Below are positions 25,694 through 35,804 of a DNA stretch of 64,000 bases, one piece after another; position 1 is the first letter of the stretch; each line of letters opens with the position of its first letter. The notes beneath the pieces are model-generated. The model was not told the origin of the DNA and ran no database searches. It saw only the letters and a program-made list of their open reading frames with translations. This DNA is from Bacteroidales bacterium (GTDB taxonomy: Bacteria > Bacteroidota > Bacteroidia > Bacteroidales > FEN-979). Position numbers and translations under genes: made by a program. The DNA is taken from the NCBI GenBank assembly GCA_023229525.1, contig JALNZC010000018.1:4242-68241 (forward strand), written 5' to 3'.

Positions 25694-27103
25694 TCATATT
25701 TTCGACATGTCGATTTTGAATTCCACCGGTTGTTCGGGAGTACTGCAGTGAAGTACACATTGTTCGCAGATCTGGAGCTCGCCCTGGAGACGTTTTTTGA
25801 CCATATCCTCTATCCGCTGGCGCAACTGGGGAATGGCGATCTTCCCAACGATCTCATTGGCAAAGGCAAACATCAGCAACATGCGGGCACTCTCTTCGCC
25901 GATACCGCGCTGGCGAAGATAAAATAATGCTTCTGAGTCGAGCTGGCCGGTTGTGGAACCGTGAGAACATTTAACGTCGTCGTTATAGATCTCGAGGAAT
26001 GGTTTTGAATTGACCCGTGCCGTATCAGTAAGTAAAATATTTTTATTGGTCTGGCGTGCGTCGGTCCCGGTGGAATTCCTGCGGACCAGCACATGCCCGT
26101 TGAACACCCCGTGTGCATTTTCATCCAGAATTCCTTTGAAGATTTCATTGCTTGTGCAATCCGGAGAAGCATGATCCACAAACACATGATTATCGATATG
26201 CTGCCGGCGATCCATCAGGTAAAGTCCGTAGATATCGGCATTCCCGTGAGTTCCATTGAACAATACCCGGATGTTGTTGCGAAGCAGTCCACCGTTGAGC
26301 GACAGGTAGTGTGATTCAAGATTGGCAGCGGCTTCCAATTGAAAATAGACGGTGCTGATCAGGGTGCTGTTGTTGTTCAGGTTTTGCAGTTTATAGTGAT
26401 CCAAAAAAGCGTTTTCACCCAGGAATATCTCGGTGACAATGTTCGAAAAGCTGGCCTGCTGGTTGTAGGAGTCGTCGCAATGCACAAGTGACAGACTGGC
26501 ATTGTCCCCGATCACGATGAGGTTTCGTGACTGCAGGAAGAGGTTTTCATAGTGATGGATCACGTTGATCAGTTGTACCGGTTTTGTACTTTTCACCCCC
26601 GCCGGCACATAGATAAAAATCCCGTCCTGTGCAAAGGCCGTATTCATCGCTGTGAATACTTCGGCCGTATCTCCGGTGGCCCGGCTGTAATACTTATCAA
26701 CCAGGGCCGGATATTTCTTTTTCGCTTCAGCCAGGCTACCCATGATGATCCCGTTGCCAAGCTCCATCAGGGGTACCTCTTTCGACACATACCATCCGTT
26801 CAACTGTCCGATGATGGCGGTATCGAGATGGGGAATATTACATCGGAATACCTTTTGAACATCTTCTTCCGGAAGGGGATGAAGGTAATAATCATATCCG
26901 CGTTCAAGGCTATCCTTCAGATCTGTATGACGCCAGGCTTCCATCTTTGTGTCGGGAAATCCAAGTTTTCCGAATAAGATGAATGCTTTATCACGTATCT
27001 CAGAAAGTAAGGCGGTATCGTTCGATGCCAAAACCTGACGGTTGGATTCGAATAAATGTACCATCCGTTCGAGAGTAATACTTTGTTGAACTGTTGTTTC
27101 CAT
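25694..27103 (-). CDS. sufD: Fe-S cluster assembly protein SufD
   Basis: SufB/D-family beta-helix C-terminal region (NKNILLTD...AKVNSKPFLEIYNDDVKCSHG). I chose the start at 27103 (METTVQQ) because the longer ORF overlaps sufC. Confidence 0.9.
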   Translation of the reverse strand: METTVQQSITLERMVHLFESNRQVLASNDTALLSEIRDKAFILFGKLGFPDTKMEAWRHTDLKDSLERGYDYYLHPLPEEDVQKVFRCNIPHLDTAIIGQLNGWYVSKEVPLMELGNGIIMGSLAEAKKKYPALVDKYYSRATGDTAEVFTAMNTAFAQDGIFIYVPAGVKSTKPVQLINVIHHYENLFLQSRNLIVIGDNASLSLVHCDDSYNQQASFSNIVTEIFLGENAFLDHYKLQNLNNNSTLISTVYFQLEAAANLESHYLSLNGGLLRNNIRVLFNGTHGNADIYGLYLMDRRQHIDNHVFVDHASPDCTSNEIFKGILDENAHGVFNGHVLVRRNSTGTDARQTNKNILLTDTARVNSKPFLEIYNDDVKCSHGSTTGQLDSEALFYLRQRGIGEESARMLLMFAFANEIVGKIAIPQLRQRIEDMVKKRLQGELQICEQCVLHCSTPEQPVEFKIDMSKI

Positions 27104-27116
27104 CTCGAACGGTTTT

Positions 27117-27872
27117 CTATTCCACCTGTTCTTTTTTGATCCAGTCATAACCCCTTTCTTCCAGTTCCAATGCCAGTTCTTTGCCGCCCGACTTGACAAT
27201 TTTTCCTTCAAAAAGGACATGTACATAATCGGGGATGATATAATCGAGCAATCGCTGGTAGTGCGTGATCACCACAAAGGCGTTGTCGGGGCGACGCAAC
27301 TTGTTTACACCGTTAGCCACAATACGCAGGGCATCAATATCAAGACCGGAATCGGTTTCATCGAGGATCGCCAGCATAGGTTCAAGCATAGCCATCTGGA
27401 AGATCTCGTTCTTTTTCTTTTCACCACCCGAAAAACCTTCGTTGACAGAACGGTTGGTAAGGTTGGAAGTGATCTCCACCAGCTTTTTCTTTTCTTCCAT
27501 CATCTTGATGAATTCGCTGGCTGAAAGGGCATCCAGCCCTTTGTATTTACGGATCTCATTTACTGCCGTACGCATGAAATTGGTGATGCTTACCCCAGGT
27601 ATTTCCACGGGATACTGGAAGCCGAGAAATATCCCTTCACGAGCCCGTTCTTCTACCGATAATTTCTGAAGATTTTTTCCTTTGTACAGAATTTCACCGG
27701 ATGTCATTTCAAATACTTCACGGCCGGCAATCACCGATGCAAGGGTACTTTTTCCGGTGCCATTCGGTCCCATAATAGCGTGTACCTCACCCCTGTTCAC
27801 TTCGAGATTAACCCCATTCAGGATTTCTTTTCCCTGAACAGAGGCATGCAGGTTTTTAATGCTTAACAACAT
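27117..27872 (-). CDS. sufC: Fe-S cluster assembly ATPase SufC
   Basis: 251 aa with Walker A GPNGTGKST, signature FSGGEKKK, and Walker B AILDETDSGLD. Confidence 0.97.
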   Translation of the reverse strand: MLLSIKNLHASVQGKEILNGVNLEVNRGEVHAIMGPNGTGKSTLASVIAGREVFEMTSGEILYKGKNLQKLSVEERAREGIFLGFQYPVEIPGVSITNFMRTAVNEIRKYKGLDALSASEFIKMMEEKKKLVEITSNLTNRSVNEGFSGGEKKKNEIFQMAMLEPMLAILDETDSGLDIDALRIVANGVNKLRRPDNAFVVITHYQRLLDYIIPDYVHVLFEGKIVKSGGKELALELEERGYDWIKKEQVE

Positions 27873-27874
27873 GA

Positions 27875-28142
27875 TCTGCTAATTAACAAATTCAAAACTC
27901 AAAAGTCAAAAGTCAAAACTAAAGTTCAAAACTCAAAAGTAAAAAATTTGCTTAAATCGGACTATCCACCACCAAAGGAGGTGGCTTTTCGCCCGATTTA
28001 TGGCTTCGCCACCGCAAATTCTTTTTAAAAAACCGGCAAAGCCAAACATACATTACCACCGTCAAAGACGGTGGGTTTTAAAGTCGTACTAAAATTCATC
28101 TTCAAATTTCCAAATTTCCAAATTTTCAAATCTCCAAATCAT
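27875..28142 (-). repeat. family D composite element interrupted by a ~150-nt unique insert that carries two hairpins
   Basis: On the minus strand: a gatttgga/gatttgaa array (28142-28095), a gATGAATTTT core, the insert (28094-27946), then a ttttgagttttgaac/ttttgac module (27945-27875) ending 3 nt before the sufC ATG. Hairpins: ccaccgtc-aaa-gacggtgg and ccacc...ggtgg. Confidence 0.85.
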
Positions 28143-28145
28143 TAA

Positions 28146-29594
28146 TCATCCCACGCTTCCCTCCAGACTGATCGACAGTAGCTTCTGTGCTTCCACCGCA
28201 AATTCCATGGGTAGTTGCTTAAGCACTTCTTTGGCATAACCGTTAACGATAAGGCCGATGGCGCTTTCCATGTCAATTCCACGCTGCTGGCAGTAAAAAA
28301 GCTGGTCCTCGCTAATCTTTGAGGTAGTCGCTTCATGTTCCACAATCGACGATTTATTTTCTACCTGGATGTAAGGGAAGGTATGTGCCCCGCACTGGGA
28401 ACCAAGAAGCAAAGAGTCGCACTGACTGTAATTCCGTGAATTAACGGCATTTTTCGTGATCCTTACAAGTCCGCGGTATGAATTGTTACCCTTTCCGGCA
28501 GAAATCCCTTTTGAGATGATGGTACTGCGTGTATTTTTGCCCAGATGCTGCATCTTGGTACCGGTATCGGCCTGTTGGTGGTTATTTGTAACAGCGACGG
28601 AATAGAACTCTCCCACCGAATTATCGCCCAGCAAAATACAACTGGGATATTTCCAGGTGATGGCAGATCCTGTTTCTACCTGTGTCCAACTGATCTTTGC
28701 ATTGCTTCCTTTACAGATACCGCGTTTGGTAACAAAATTATAGATACCGCCCTTACCGTTTTTATCCCCCGGATACCAGTTTTGCACCGTGGAATATTTT
28801 ACCTCCGCATCCTTCATGGCCACGATCTCAACGATGGCGGCATGAAGCTGGTTTTCGTCACGCTGAGGCGCTGTACACCCCTCCATATAACTTACGTAAG
28901 ACCCTTCCTCAGCCACAATGAGTGTACGTTCAAACTGACCGGTATTGGCGGCATTGATCCGAAAATAGGTGGACAGTTCCACCGGGCACCGTACCCCTTT
29001 GGGAATATAACAAAAAGAACCGTCGCTGAAAACGGCTGAATTCAGAGAGGCGAAAAAATTATCAGTGTATGGGACTACGGAACCCATGTATTGTTTCACC
29101 AGATTTGGATGCTTCAGTACCGCTTCACTGAAAGAACAAAAGATAATGCCGTATTTGGAAAGGGTTTCCGTAAAGGTAGTCTTTACTGAAACGCTGTCGA
29201 TAACAGCATCTACCGCTACTCCTGATAATTTCTTCTGCTCCTCCAGCGAAATTCCAAGTTTATTGAAAGTAGCCAATAAATCAGGATCGACCTGGTCGAG
29301 GTTTTCCAGTTGATGTTTTTTCTTTGGGGCTGCATAATAAATGATGTCCTGAAAATTGATCGGATCTATATGTAAATGGGCCCATTTGGGTTGTGTCATG
29401 GTGAGCCAGTGACGAAACGCTTTCAGGCGGAACTCCAATAAAAATTCGGGTTCCTGTTTTTTAGCAGAAATGAACCGGATGGTGTCTTCGGTGAGTCCGC
29501 GAGGGGCGAATTCTGTGTCAATGTCCGTGACGAAACCATACTTATAATCCCCCTGGGTAAATTCGCCGATTATTTTATTTGAATCGGATTCCAT
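28146..29594 (-). CDS. sufB: Fe-S cluster assembly scaffold SufB
   Basis: 482 aa. Highly conserved SufB blocks ([17 protein letters not shown]-like [24 protein letters not shown]). Confidence 0.97.
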   Translation of the reverse strand: MESDSNKIIGEFTQGDYKYGFVTDIDTEFAPRGLTEDTIRFISAKKQEPEFLLEFRLKAFRHWLTMTQPKWAHLHIDPINFQDIIYYAAPKKKHQLENLDQVDPDLLATFNKLGISLEEQKKLSGVAVDAVIDSVSVKTTFTETLSKYGIIFCSFSEAVLKHPNLVKQYMGSVVPYTDNFFASLNSAVFSDGSFCYIPKGVRCPVELSTYFRINAANTGQFERTLIVAEEGSYVSYMEGCTAPQRDENQLHAAIVEIVAMKDAEVKYSTVQNWYPGDKNGKGGIYNFVTKRGICKGSNAKISWTQVETGSAITWKYPSCILLGDNSVGEFYSVAVTNNHQQADTGTKMQHLGKNTRSTIISKGISAGKGNNSYRGLVRITKNAVNSRNYSQCDSLLLGSQCGAHTFPYIQVENKSSIVEHEATTSKISEDQLFYCQQRGIDMESAIGLIVNGYAKEVLKQLPMEFAVEAQKLLSISLEGSVG

Positions 29595-29730
29595 TGTTAT
29601 TGAAATTTAGAACAAATCTTAGTATTTTTTAACTCCAGGCGAACTGTTTGATAAATCCAGATACAAAGTTACGATAATTTAGGTATTTGAATGCCTGATT
29701 AAAAAAATATTGAAATAAGGAATGGAATCG

Positions 29731-30321
29731 TTAGTAAAGTTTATAGGATACCAGTTCTGTCGTTTCTGCTATTTTCGAGGTTCCGGTGCCAGGTGCATAT
29801 ACGGTATGTTTAACCAACCCGTAACCCGGGGCGAGATATTCTTCACATTCATATCCCTGCTTGTAATGAACCATATGATAGTGATAGCAATTAAAGATTC
29901 CGGCTGGGACTTTAACAGTTTCATTGACAGACACTATTGTCACGTAGGAACTGTCGGCTGTCAAATACTGGTCATTAACGGTTGATGGATATTTCCAGAA
30001 AAGGTCACTTTTCATGACAGATGGCGATTTCCCTTCAAATATATACCACCAGCCCCGGGCAGTATTTCTGCAAACCGTACGTATAACAGTGTCGTAGGTA
30101 AGTATAAACCACTGTTCCTGGTTAATGAGGGTGTCTTTTAACACATCATTGACGTGAATAGTATGAGTGGAATCAGCAATGGTCGTTTGAAAAGTCCAGT
30201 GATTACCCACATTAAGGGGAAAAATCTGAGTCTGAAAAGGGGTTGGGCTATACTCTTTCCTGCACGAAATCAGCAGAAGAAGAAAAAAAATGACAAAAAG
30301 TGCATTGGTTATTTGTTTCAT
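29731..30321 (-). CDS. hypothetical lipoprotein
   Basis: 196 aa. Lipoprotein signal FFLLLLISC followed by RKE. No recognisable domain. Confidence 0.55.
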   Translation of the reverse strand: MKQITNALFVIFFLLLLISCRKEYSPTPFQTQIFPLNVGNHWTFQTTIADSTHTIHVNDVLKDTLINQEQWFILTYDTVIRTVCRNTARGWWYIFEGKSPSVMKSDLFWKYPSTVNDQYLTADSSYVTIVSVNETVKVPAGIFNCYHYHMVHYKQGYECEEYLAPGYGLVKHTVYAPGTGTSKIAETTELVSYKLY

Positions 30322-30377
30322 ATATTATTGTTGTTAGAAGCAGGTTGTTTCAATTGTTCGACACCTATTTTATCTTT

Positions 30378-31747
30378 CTATTTCGAATGCTTATATATCC
30401 ATTTGGCGCCTTCTAAAAAAGCTTTGGGAGCAACAGTCACATGAATGGTTCCCCTGTCGGGGTTAAGTTCAACAGGACCATATTCCACATAATCAATGTT
30501 TGTCAGTAGGAGATCCGAAAACCTTTTCCTGGCAACAAGAAAATTACCAAAAGGAACACAATCATCATTATTACAATGCCAGAGCAACATTTTTGATTTC
30601 GGAGCCCAGTTCACATAGGCATTGTTCTCATATACTATCTGGTAAGCTTTACTGCTGAAATTCTTAAGGGAGTCATAAAAGGAATCGGTAAATACCTTTT
30701 TTAAAATCTTGTCGGAAGGCATTTTACCGTTTACAACTGTTTCATCATAAAATCCGGTGGTGTATTTTGGAATATCTGTTTTATAGGGTTCTTTTAGCAT
30801 TGCTTCATATGAAAATGCATTTGGATAAATGGTGTTATACCCTACCAACATCATCGGTAAAAAGTAAGGAACCGGAAAGGGTTTGTCCGCCAGCATAACA
30901 TCCAGCATGGTGCCGGATAGATCATAAGGCCCATCCATACAAACAACGCCCGACAGGTTTACATTTCTTGCCTCGAGTTCCCTGGCGGCTGCCATGGTTA
31001 CATATCCACCTTCCGAAAATCCATAAAGGAAAGTTTCCCATTCCATTTTACATAAGCATTTTGATCGCAACCCAGGGAATTCTGTGCCGCCTCCACCATA
31101 TCGGCAGTAGCATTGGCCAGCCTTTCCCTGATGACATAGGGATGATTTTCTCCAATGTCGTCCCCCATTCCCTGATAATCGGGCATAATAATGATCCAAT
31201 TGTAGTAGCATGCCATAACATCGGCAATGACCATTTCCGGGAAATCTTTCCAATCACTCCATTTGGCACTTTTCCATTTGGATGGCGCCAGTTTTTTAAG
31301 TATTTGTGTGCCATGATTTACAGAGATAATAGGAGCATTCACCCTGCCAAAAGGGGGCAAATTCCATGGATAAATAAGGAGACCGGTCAGTTGGATTTTA
31401 TTTCCATTGTTATCTGTGGAAGTGTATTTTACTACTTCATGGGCTATCGGTTTGAGTTCCAGGGCGCCGGGTAATTGGGTTATCGTTTCCCTGTAAAAAT
31501 CATTATAATCGAAATAGGTAGAATCATCCGGAAGCAGTTGTAACTGGTCAAGGACATCCTGTGCATTCCGTTCAGTGTGGTCAACAACCTCAAATCCACC
31601 TCCTGTTAACGGGGAACATTCCGGCCCGGGATTATTTTTTTTCCTGCAGGAAGTGATCAGAATAAACACAACGAGGAATAGGAAAAATCCTGTTGCGGTT
31701 TTTATAAGATCACGGTTCGGTCTAGAAATCAATGTTTGTTTTTTCAT
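30378..31747 (-). pseudogene. alpha/beta-hydrolase (lipase-like) lipoprotein gene split by a frameshift near 31025-31060
   Basis: ORF 30998-31747 carries the lipoprotein signal and N-terminal half. ORF 30378-31253, in another frame, carries the GFSEGG nucleophile elbow plus downstream Asp/His candidates (NNDDCVP, GTIHV). The frames overlap and switch around NAYVK / ETFLYGFSEGG. Confidence 0.6.
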
Positions 31748-31780
31748 ATTGTCCTTCCATTCTTATCATTTGGTATAAAT

Positions 31781-31886
31781 CAATTGGCATGAACCCCAGG
31801 CCCTGGACCCGAATTCCTCCTTCTTCTTTCGTCCTTCGTCTTTCGTCCTTCGTCCTTCTTAAGGTCCGGGGATGAGATGATTAAAT
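31781..31886 (+). repeat. dispersed element copy R3, a hybrid whose central part is replaced by family B heptamers in minus orientation
   Basis: The left end (caattggcatgaaccccaggccctggacccgaattcc) and right end (ggtccggggatgagatgattaaat) match R1/R2. The middle reads cttctttcgtccttcgtctttcgtccttcgtccttctt. Confidence 0.8.
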
Positions 31887-31917
31887 TTTGATCATGATAG
31901 TAAGACAATAAAAGAAG

Positions 31918-32610
31918 TTATTTGGTTGCATCAATTTGTTCATTATTCCGTTTGCTGATAAATTTACCTATCAGCAAACCGATGATTGTAACAACATACA
32001 ATTGACCCGATATACTGATGAAGGTTGCAAGTGAACGGGTGTATGGTTTCAACGGTACAATATCACCATAACCCACAGTGGCAAGTGTTACGAATCCGAA
32101 ATATAAGGGGACACTTATTGAAGGAGTTGCAGGCTGTAGCCCGTTATTTTCTTTCAGGGTCACATTAAAAGCGTCCGGATCAGCCTGCATGATCGCTGCA
32201 ATCAGTACCGAAAAGATCAGACCCAACAGCAAGTATCCGGATATTGATTCGAGAATTACCCGTGCATTGACAATCCTGGCTGATGCCATCTGCCTGATCA
32301 GGATGAATACTACGACCATGAAAAACAAGACATTGATGACACGGGAAGCTTCGGTAAGGAAGTTCAGTTCGAGAATTTCCGAGATCCACTGCAGCACGAA
32401 GGCTGCTGTTGCTAAGCCCAGAATAGACCATTTCCGCCGTTCCATTGACATGATGCCCGAAATAAAGATCAGGCTGAAACCACTTTTAAGCAATGAATTT
32501 CCAATAGCAGCCGGAAATACCGGAATCACAAAAGCACAAAGAAAAACAGCAACCACCAGAATGGAACTCCAAAGGGTTTTTGATTGGTAAAAGGGTTCTT
32601 TCATTTCCAA
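31918..32610 (-). CDS. potassium channel protein (2TM/ion_trans_2 pore domain preceded by extra TMs)
   Basis: K+ selectivity filter TVGYGD within FVTLATVGYGDIVP. Confidence 0.8.
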   Translation of the reverse strand: MEMKEPFYQSKTLWSSILVVAVFLCAFVIPVFPAAIGNSLLKSGFSLIFISGIMSMERRKWSILGLATAAFVLQWISEILELNFLTEASRVINVLFFMVVVFILIRQMASARIVNARVILESISGYLLLGLIFSVLIAAIMQADPDAFNVTLKENNGLQPATPSISVPLYFGFVTLATVGYGDIVPLKPYTRSLATFISISGQLYVVTIIGLLIGKFISKRNNEQIDATK

Positions 32611-32654
32611 AGTATTGCAGGATAAAAGTAGAAAAAAAAACAGCCGGAACTTAT

Positions 32655-32662
32655 TATCTTTG
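32655..32662 (+). promoter_or_regulatory. candidate -7 promoter box (TAnnTTTG)
   Basis: tatctttg lies 29 nt upstream of the thiL ATG (32691). Motif match only. Confidence 0.4.
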
Positions 32663-32690
32663 CCATAAATTCGGCAACCTGACCCAGGAA

Positions 32691-33755
32691 ATGTTTGAAA
32701 AAAAAGAGAATAAACCTACCGGGAAATCACCAAAACTCACGACCCTGGCGGAGCTTGGTGAGTTCGGCCTGATCGACCGGCTGACCCGCCAAGTGAAATT
32801 ATATCATCCCGAAACACTGAAAGGTATTGGCGATGATGCGGCAGTCATTGACGCCGGAGATCATGTTATCCTACTCTCTACCGATCTTCTGGTCGAGGGT
32901 ATCCATTTCGATCTCACCTATATGCCTTTCAAACATCTCGGCTACAAAGCCGCTGTGGTGAACATCTCCGATATTGCCGCCATGAACGGTATCCCAAAAC
33001 AGATGACAGTTTCCATTGCCGTTTCGAGCCGCTTTTCAGTCGAAGCGCTCGACGAACTCTATGCCGGGATTTTGCTTGCCTGCGAAACATATAAAGTTGA
33101 CCTGGTCGGTGGCGATACAAGTTCAGTTGCCAAAGGGCTGACGATTTCGGTTACCATTACCGGGACCGCACAAAAAGATGAGGTCATTTACCGCAACGGA
33201 GCCAGACCTGGCGACCTGCTTTGCGTTACCGGCGACCTGGGCTCAGCTTACATGGGTCTTCTTGTCCTTGAACGGGAAAAAAAAGTTTTCCAGGTCAACC
33301 CCGGTATGCAACCGGAACTGACCGGTTACGATTACCAAATCGGACGCCAGCTCAAACCCGAAGCCCGAACTGACATCCGGAACCTTTTACAGGGGCTGGG
33401 ATTAAAGCCAACATCCATGATCGACATATCCGATGGACTGGCATCCGAAATTCTACATCTCTGTGAGCAATCGCAGGTTGGCTGTAAACTGTTCGAGGAA
33501 AAAATCCCCATTGATTCCCATACCCGTGAACTGGCTGTTGAATACAAGATCATCCCCAGTGTGACAGCACTGAGCGGAGGGGATGACTATGAGCTGCTCT
33601 TCACCATTCAACAAGCCGATTATGAAAAGGTCAAAGAGGTTGCCGGTATCACCGTGATCGGTCATATAACAGATAAATCCACCGGAAAATGGATGATCAC
33701 TCCCGACGACAAACAGGTGGAACTCACCGCGCAGGGTTGGGACGGGATGAAATGA
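32691..33755 (+). CDS. thiL: thiamine-monophosphate kinase
   Basis: ELGEFGLIDRL, GIGDDAAVID, and the AIR-synthase-like fold blocks DLVGGDTS and SGGDDYELLFT. ATG at 32691. Confidence 0.9.
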   Translation: MFEKKENKPTGKSPKLTTLAELGEFGLIDRLTRQVKLYHPETLKGIGDDAAVIDAGDHVILLSTDLLVEGIHFDLTYMPFKHLGYKAAVVNISDIAAMNGIPKQMTVSIAVSSRFSVEALDELYAGILLACETYKVDLVGGDTSSVAKGLTISVTITGTAQKDEVIYRNGARPGDLLCVTGDLGSAYMGLLVLEREKKVFQVNPGMQPELTGYDYQIGRQLKPEARTDIRNLLQGLGLKPTSMIDISDGLASEILHLCEQSQVGCKLFEEKIPIDSHTRELAVEYKIIPSVTALSGGDDYELLFTIQQADYEKVKEVAGITVIGHITDKSTGKWMITPDDKQVELTAQGWDGMK

Positions 33756-33768
33756 AGGACGAGGGACG

Positions 33769-34788
33769 CTATTTCCCAATTTTCTTTAAAGCCTTTTCGA
33801 CGTTAGCCAGCATTTCATCCGTAAAATCGAGATGGGTGACAAAGCGGACGGACTGTGGTCCCAAGGGCAGGGCATGAATGTCGTGATCCTTCAACTTTCC
33901 GAGGAAATCCTTTTCCGTAATCTTGTTTGTCAGGTTGAAAATCACGATATTGGTCTCAACCGGGAGTACATTTTCAATATACGGGAGGGATGAAAGCAGT
34001 TTCCCAAGACAACGGGCACGATCATTATCCTGCTTCAATCGTTGAATATTATGGTCAAGCGCATAAATACCTGCCGCTGCAAGATAGCCAGCCTGGCGCA
34101 TGGCACCTCCAAAAGCTTTACGCACCCTGCGGGCCCGTTTAACGAAAGCTTTGCTGCCGAGAAGCAGTGAGCCGATGGGCGCCCCCAGCCCTTTCGAGAG
34201 ACAGATGGAAACTGAATCGAACAATTTCGCATACTCTTTTGGGCTTTCACCTGTTTCAACCAGGACGTTGAACAGCCGGGCACCGTCGAGGTGACACTTC
34301 AGTTGATGATTGTTGCAGACCCTGGCTATCTCAACCAGAGACTGGTATTCATAACAGGAACCACCTCCTTTATTCATGGAGTTTTCCACTTCTACAAGCG
34401 AAGTTACCGGACGGTGGATATCGTCGGGATTGATATGGCTTTCAATATCAGCGGCCTTGATCAGGCCACGGTCTCCTTCGAGGAGGCAGACCGAAACCCC
34501 TGAATTGCGCATGATGGCGCCACCTTCGTAATAGTAGATGTGTGCATATTTGTGGCAGATCACTTCATCGCCAGGCCGGGTATGAATATTAATGGCCACC
34601 TGGTTTGTCATGGTGCCGGATGGGCAAAACAGAGCGGCCTCTTTCCCAAGCATGCCGGCTGCTTTTTCTTCCAGTGCATTCACCGTGGGATCATCCCCGA
34701 AAACATCATCGCCCACTTGAGCCGAAAACATGGCTTCGAGCATCTCTTTCGATGGACGGGTCACCGTATCGCTTCGTAAATCAATCAT
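33769..34788 (-). CDS. ltaE: low-specificity L-threonine aldolase
   Basis: 339 aa. N-terminus [12 protein letters not shown]...[15 protein letters not shown], and the PLP-lysine region [11 protein letters not shown]. Confidence 0.9.
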   Translation of the reverse strand: MIDLRSDTVTRPSKEMLEAMFSAQVGDDVFGDDPTVNALEEKAAGMLGKEAALFCPSGTMTNQVAINIHTRPGDEVICHKYAHIYYYEGGAIMRNSGVSVCLLEGDRGLIKAADIESHINPDDIHRPVTSLVEVENSMNKGGGSCYEYQSLVEIARVCNNHQLKCHLDGARLFNVLVETGESPKEYAKLFDSVSICLSKGLGAPIGSLLLGSKAFVKRARRVRKAFGGAMRQAGYLAAAGIYALDHNIQRLKQDNDRARCLGKLLSSLPYIENVLPVETNIVIFNLTNKITEKDFLGKLKDHDIHALPLGPQSVRFVTHLDFTDEMLANVEKALKKIGK

Positions 34789-34818
34789 CGGATTAAAGAA
34801 TTATTATTTCACATCCAT

Positions 34819-35730
34819 TCAGTTCACCGAGGCAAAATTGCGCCGGATCCCTTTCAGGTATTCTGCTTTCGGGTAACCCATGATCAGGAAAAGTCCTTCC
34901 CGGCTTTTAAAACGAATCCCGTGTTTTTCTCTGAATTTCCTTGCTGTTTTACCGCTTTGAATGAACGGGTGAACTGCGCCTAACATACATGTTCCCAACC
35001 CCAGTGATTCCGCAGCAATCATGGCATAAGTGGCTGCAATGATCGGGTCGCCGGGATCGCAATAGGGAGAACCATAGAAATACAAAGCCACCGGAGCATC
35101 ATAATTCACAACGTTTTCTCCTTTCTTCATGGATGTAATATATTTGTTGAGCAGAGGTTTCAGGAAATTCCGAAACAGTTCATCGGTCTCTTTCCCCCAA
35201 AAAGGTTTCATCAAGGTGAGAAACCAGGAAGAAGAGAACCATTTGATTGTTTCAAGGAATTGGCAGAAATCTACCGCAAAGGCACGAACTTTTTCTTTTG
35301 AATCCAGAACCATTACATTGACATCGGATGGCGGCAGACCCATCGGGGCTGTTTGTGCGGCTTTCAGTACCTTATCCAACAGGTTATGCTCGACCGGTAT
35401 ATTTTTAAACTTCCGGATGCTGCGACGACGCTGGAGCAGGTTCATTAACGACTCGAATGAAGCAGCGGTTTCCCTGGCAGGTAATGGGAATAGATCGTCG
35501 TGTGAAAGAAACCGCCCATGCACTTCGATGGCATCTTCGGGGCATACAGCCATGCACTGGCCGCAGGCAATACATCCGAACACACCGTTACCTGAAGAGC
35601 GGGCTTTCCCTTCATGGAGTTCCAGGTCCAGGTCGCTGCAAACACTCACACATTTACCGCATCCATTGCACCTTTCATAATCCACTGTGATATTGCCGGG
35701 TTCTTTGGCCCGGGAAGTCGGAATGGCCAT
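34819..35730 (-). CDS. nitroreductase-family protein with N-terminal 2x[4Fe-4S] ferredoxin motifs
   Basis: CNGCGKCVSVC and CIACGQCMAVCP, then a nitroreductase-like block (RRSIRKF). Confidence 0.8.
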   Translation of the reverse strand: MAIPTSRAKEPGNITVDYERCNGCGKCVSVCSDLDLELHEGKARSSGNGVFGCIACGQCMAVCPEDAIEVHGRFLSHDDLFPLPARETAASFESLMNLLQRRRSIRKFKNIPVEHNLLDKVLKAAQTAPMGLPPSDVNVMVLDSKEKVRAFAVDFCQFLETIKWFSSSWFLTLMKPFWGKETDELFRNFLKPLLNKYITSMKKGENVVNYDAPVALYFYGSPYCDPGDPIIAATYAMIAAESLGLGTCMLGAVHPFIQSGKTARKFREKHGIRFKSREGLFLIMGYPKAEYLKGIRRNFASVN

Positions 35731-35762
35731 AAAATTAAGTTTAATGAATAGTGATTTTGGTT

Positions 35763-35770
35763 TAATTTTG
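35763..35770 (+). promoter_or_regulatory. candidate -7 promoter box (TAnnTTTG) for the beta-lactamase gene
   Basis: taattttg lies 35 nt upstream of the ATG at 35805. Motif match only. Confidence 0.4.
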
Positions 35771-35804
35771 CTTTTCCTTGTAAAAATAAGTAGAAAACGT
35801 AGAA

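Noticed and set aside
25694-27226. The long 510-aa version of sufD, starting at 27226.
   Set aside because: The first 41 codons overlap the 3' end of sufC. METTVQQ at 27103 gives the normal 13-nt sufC-sufD spacing.
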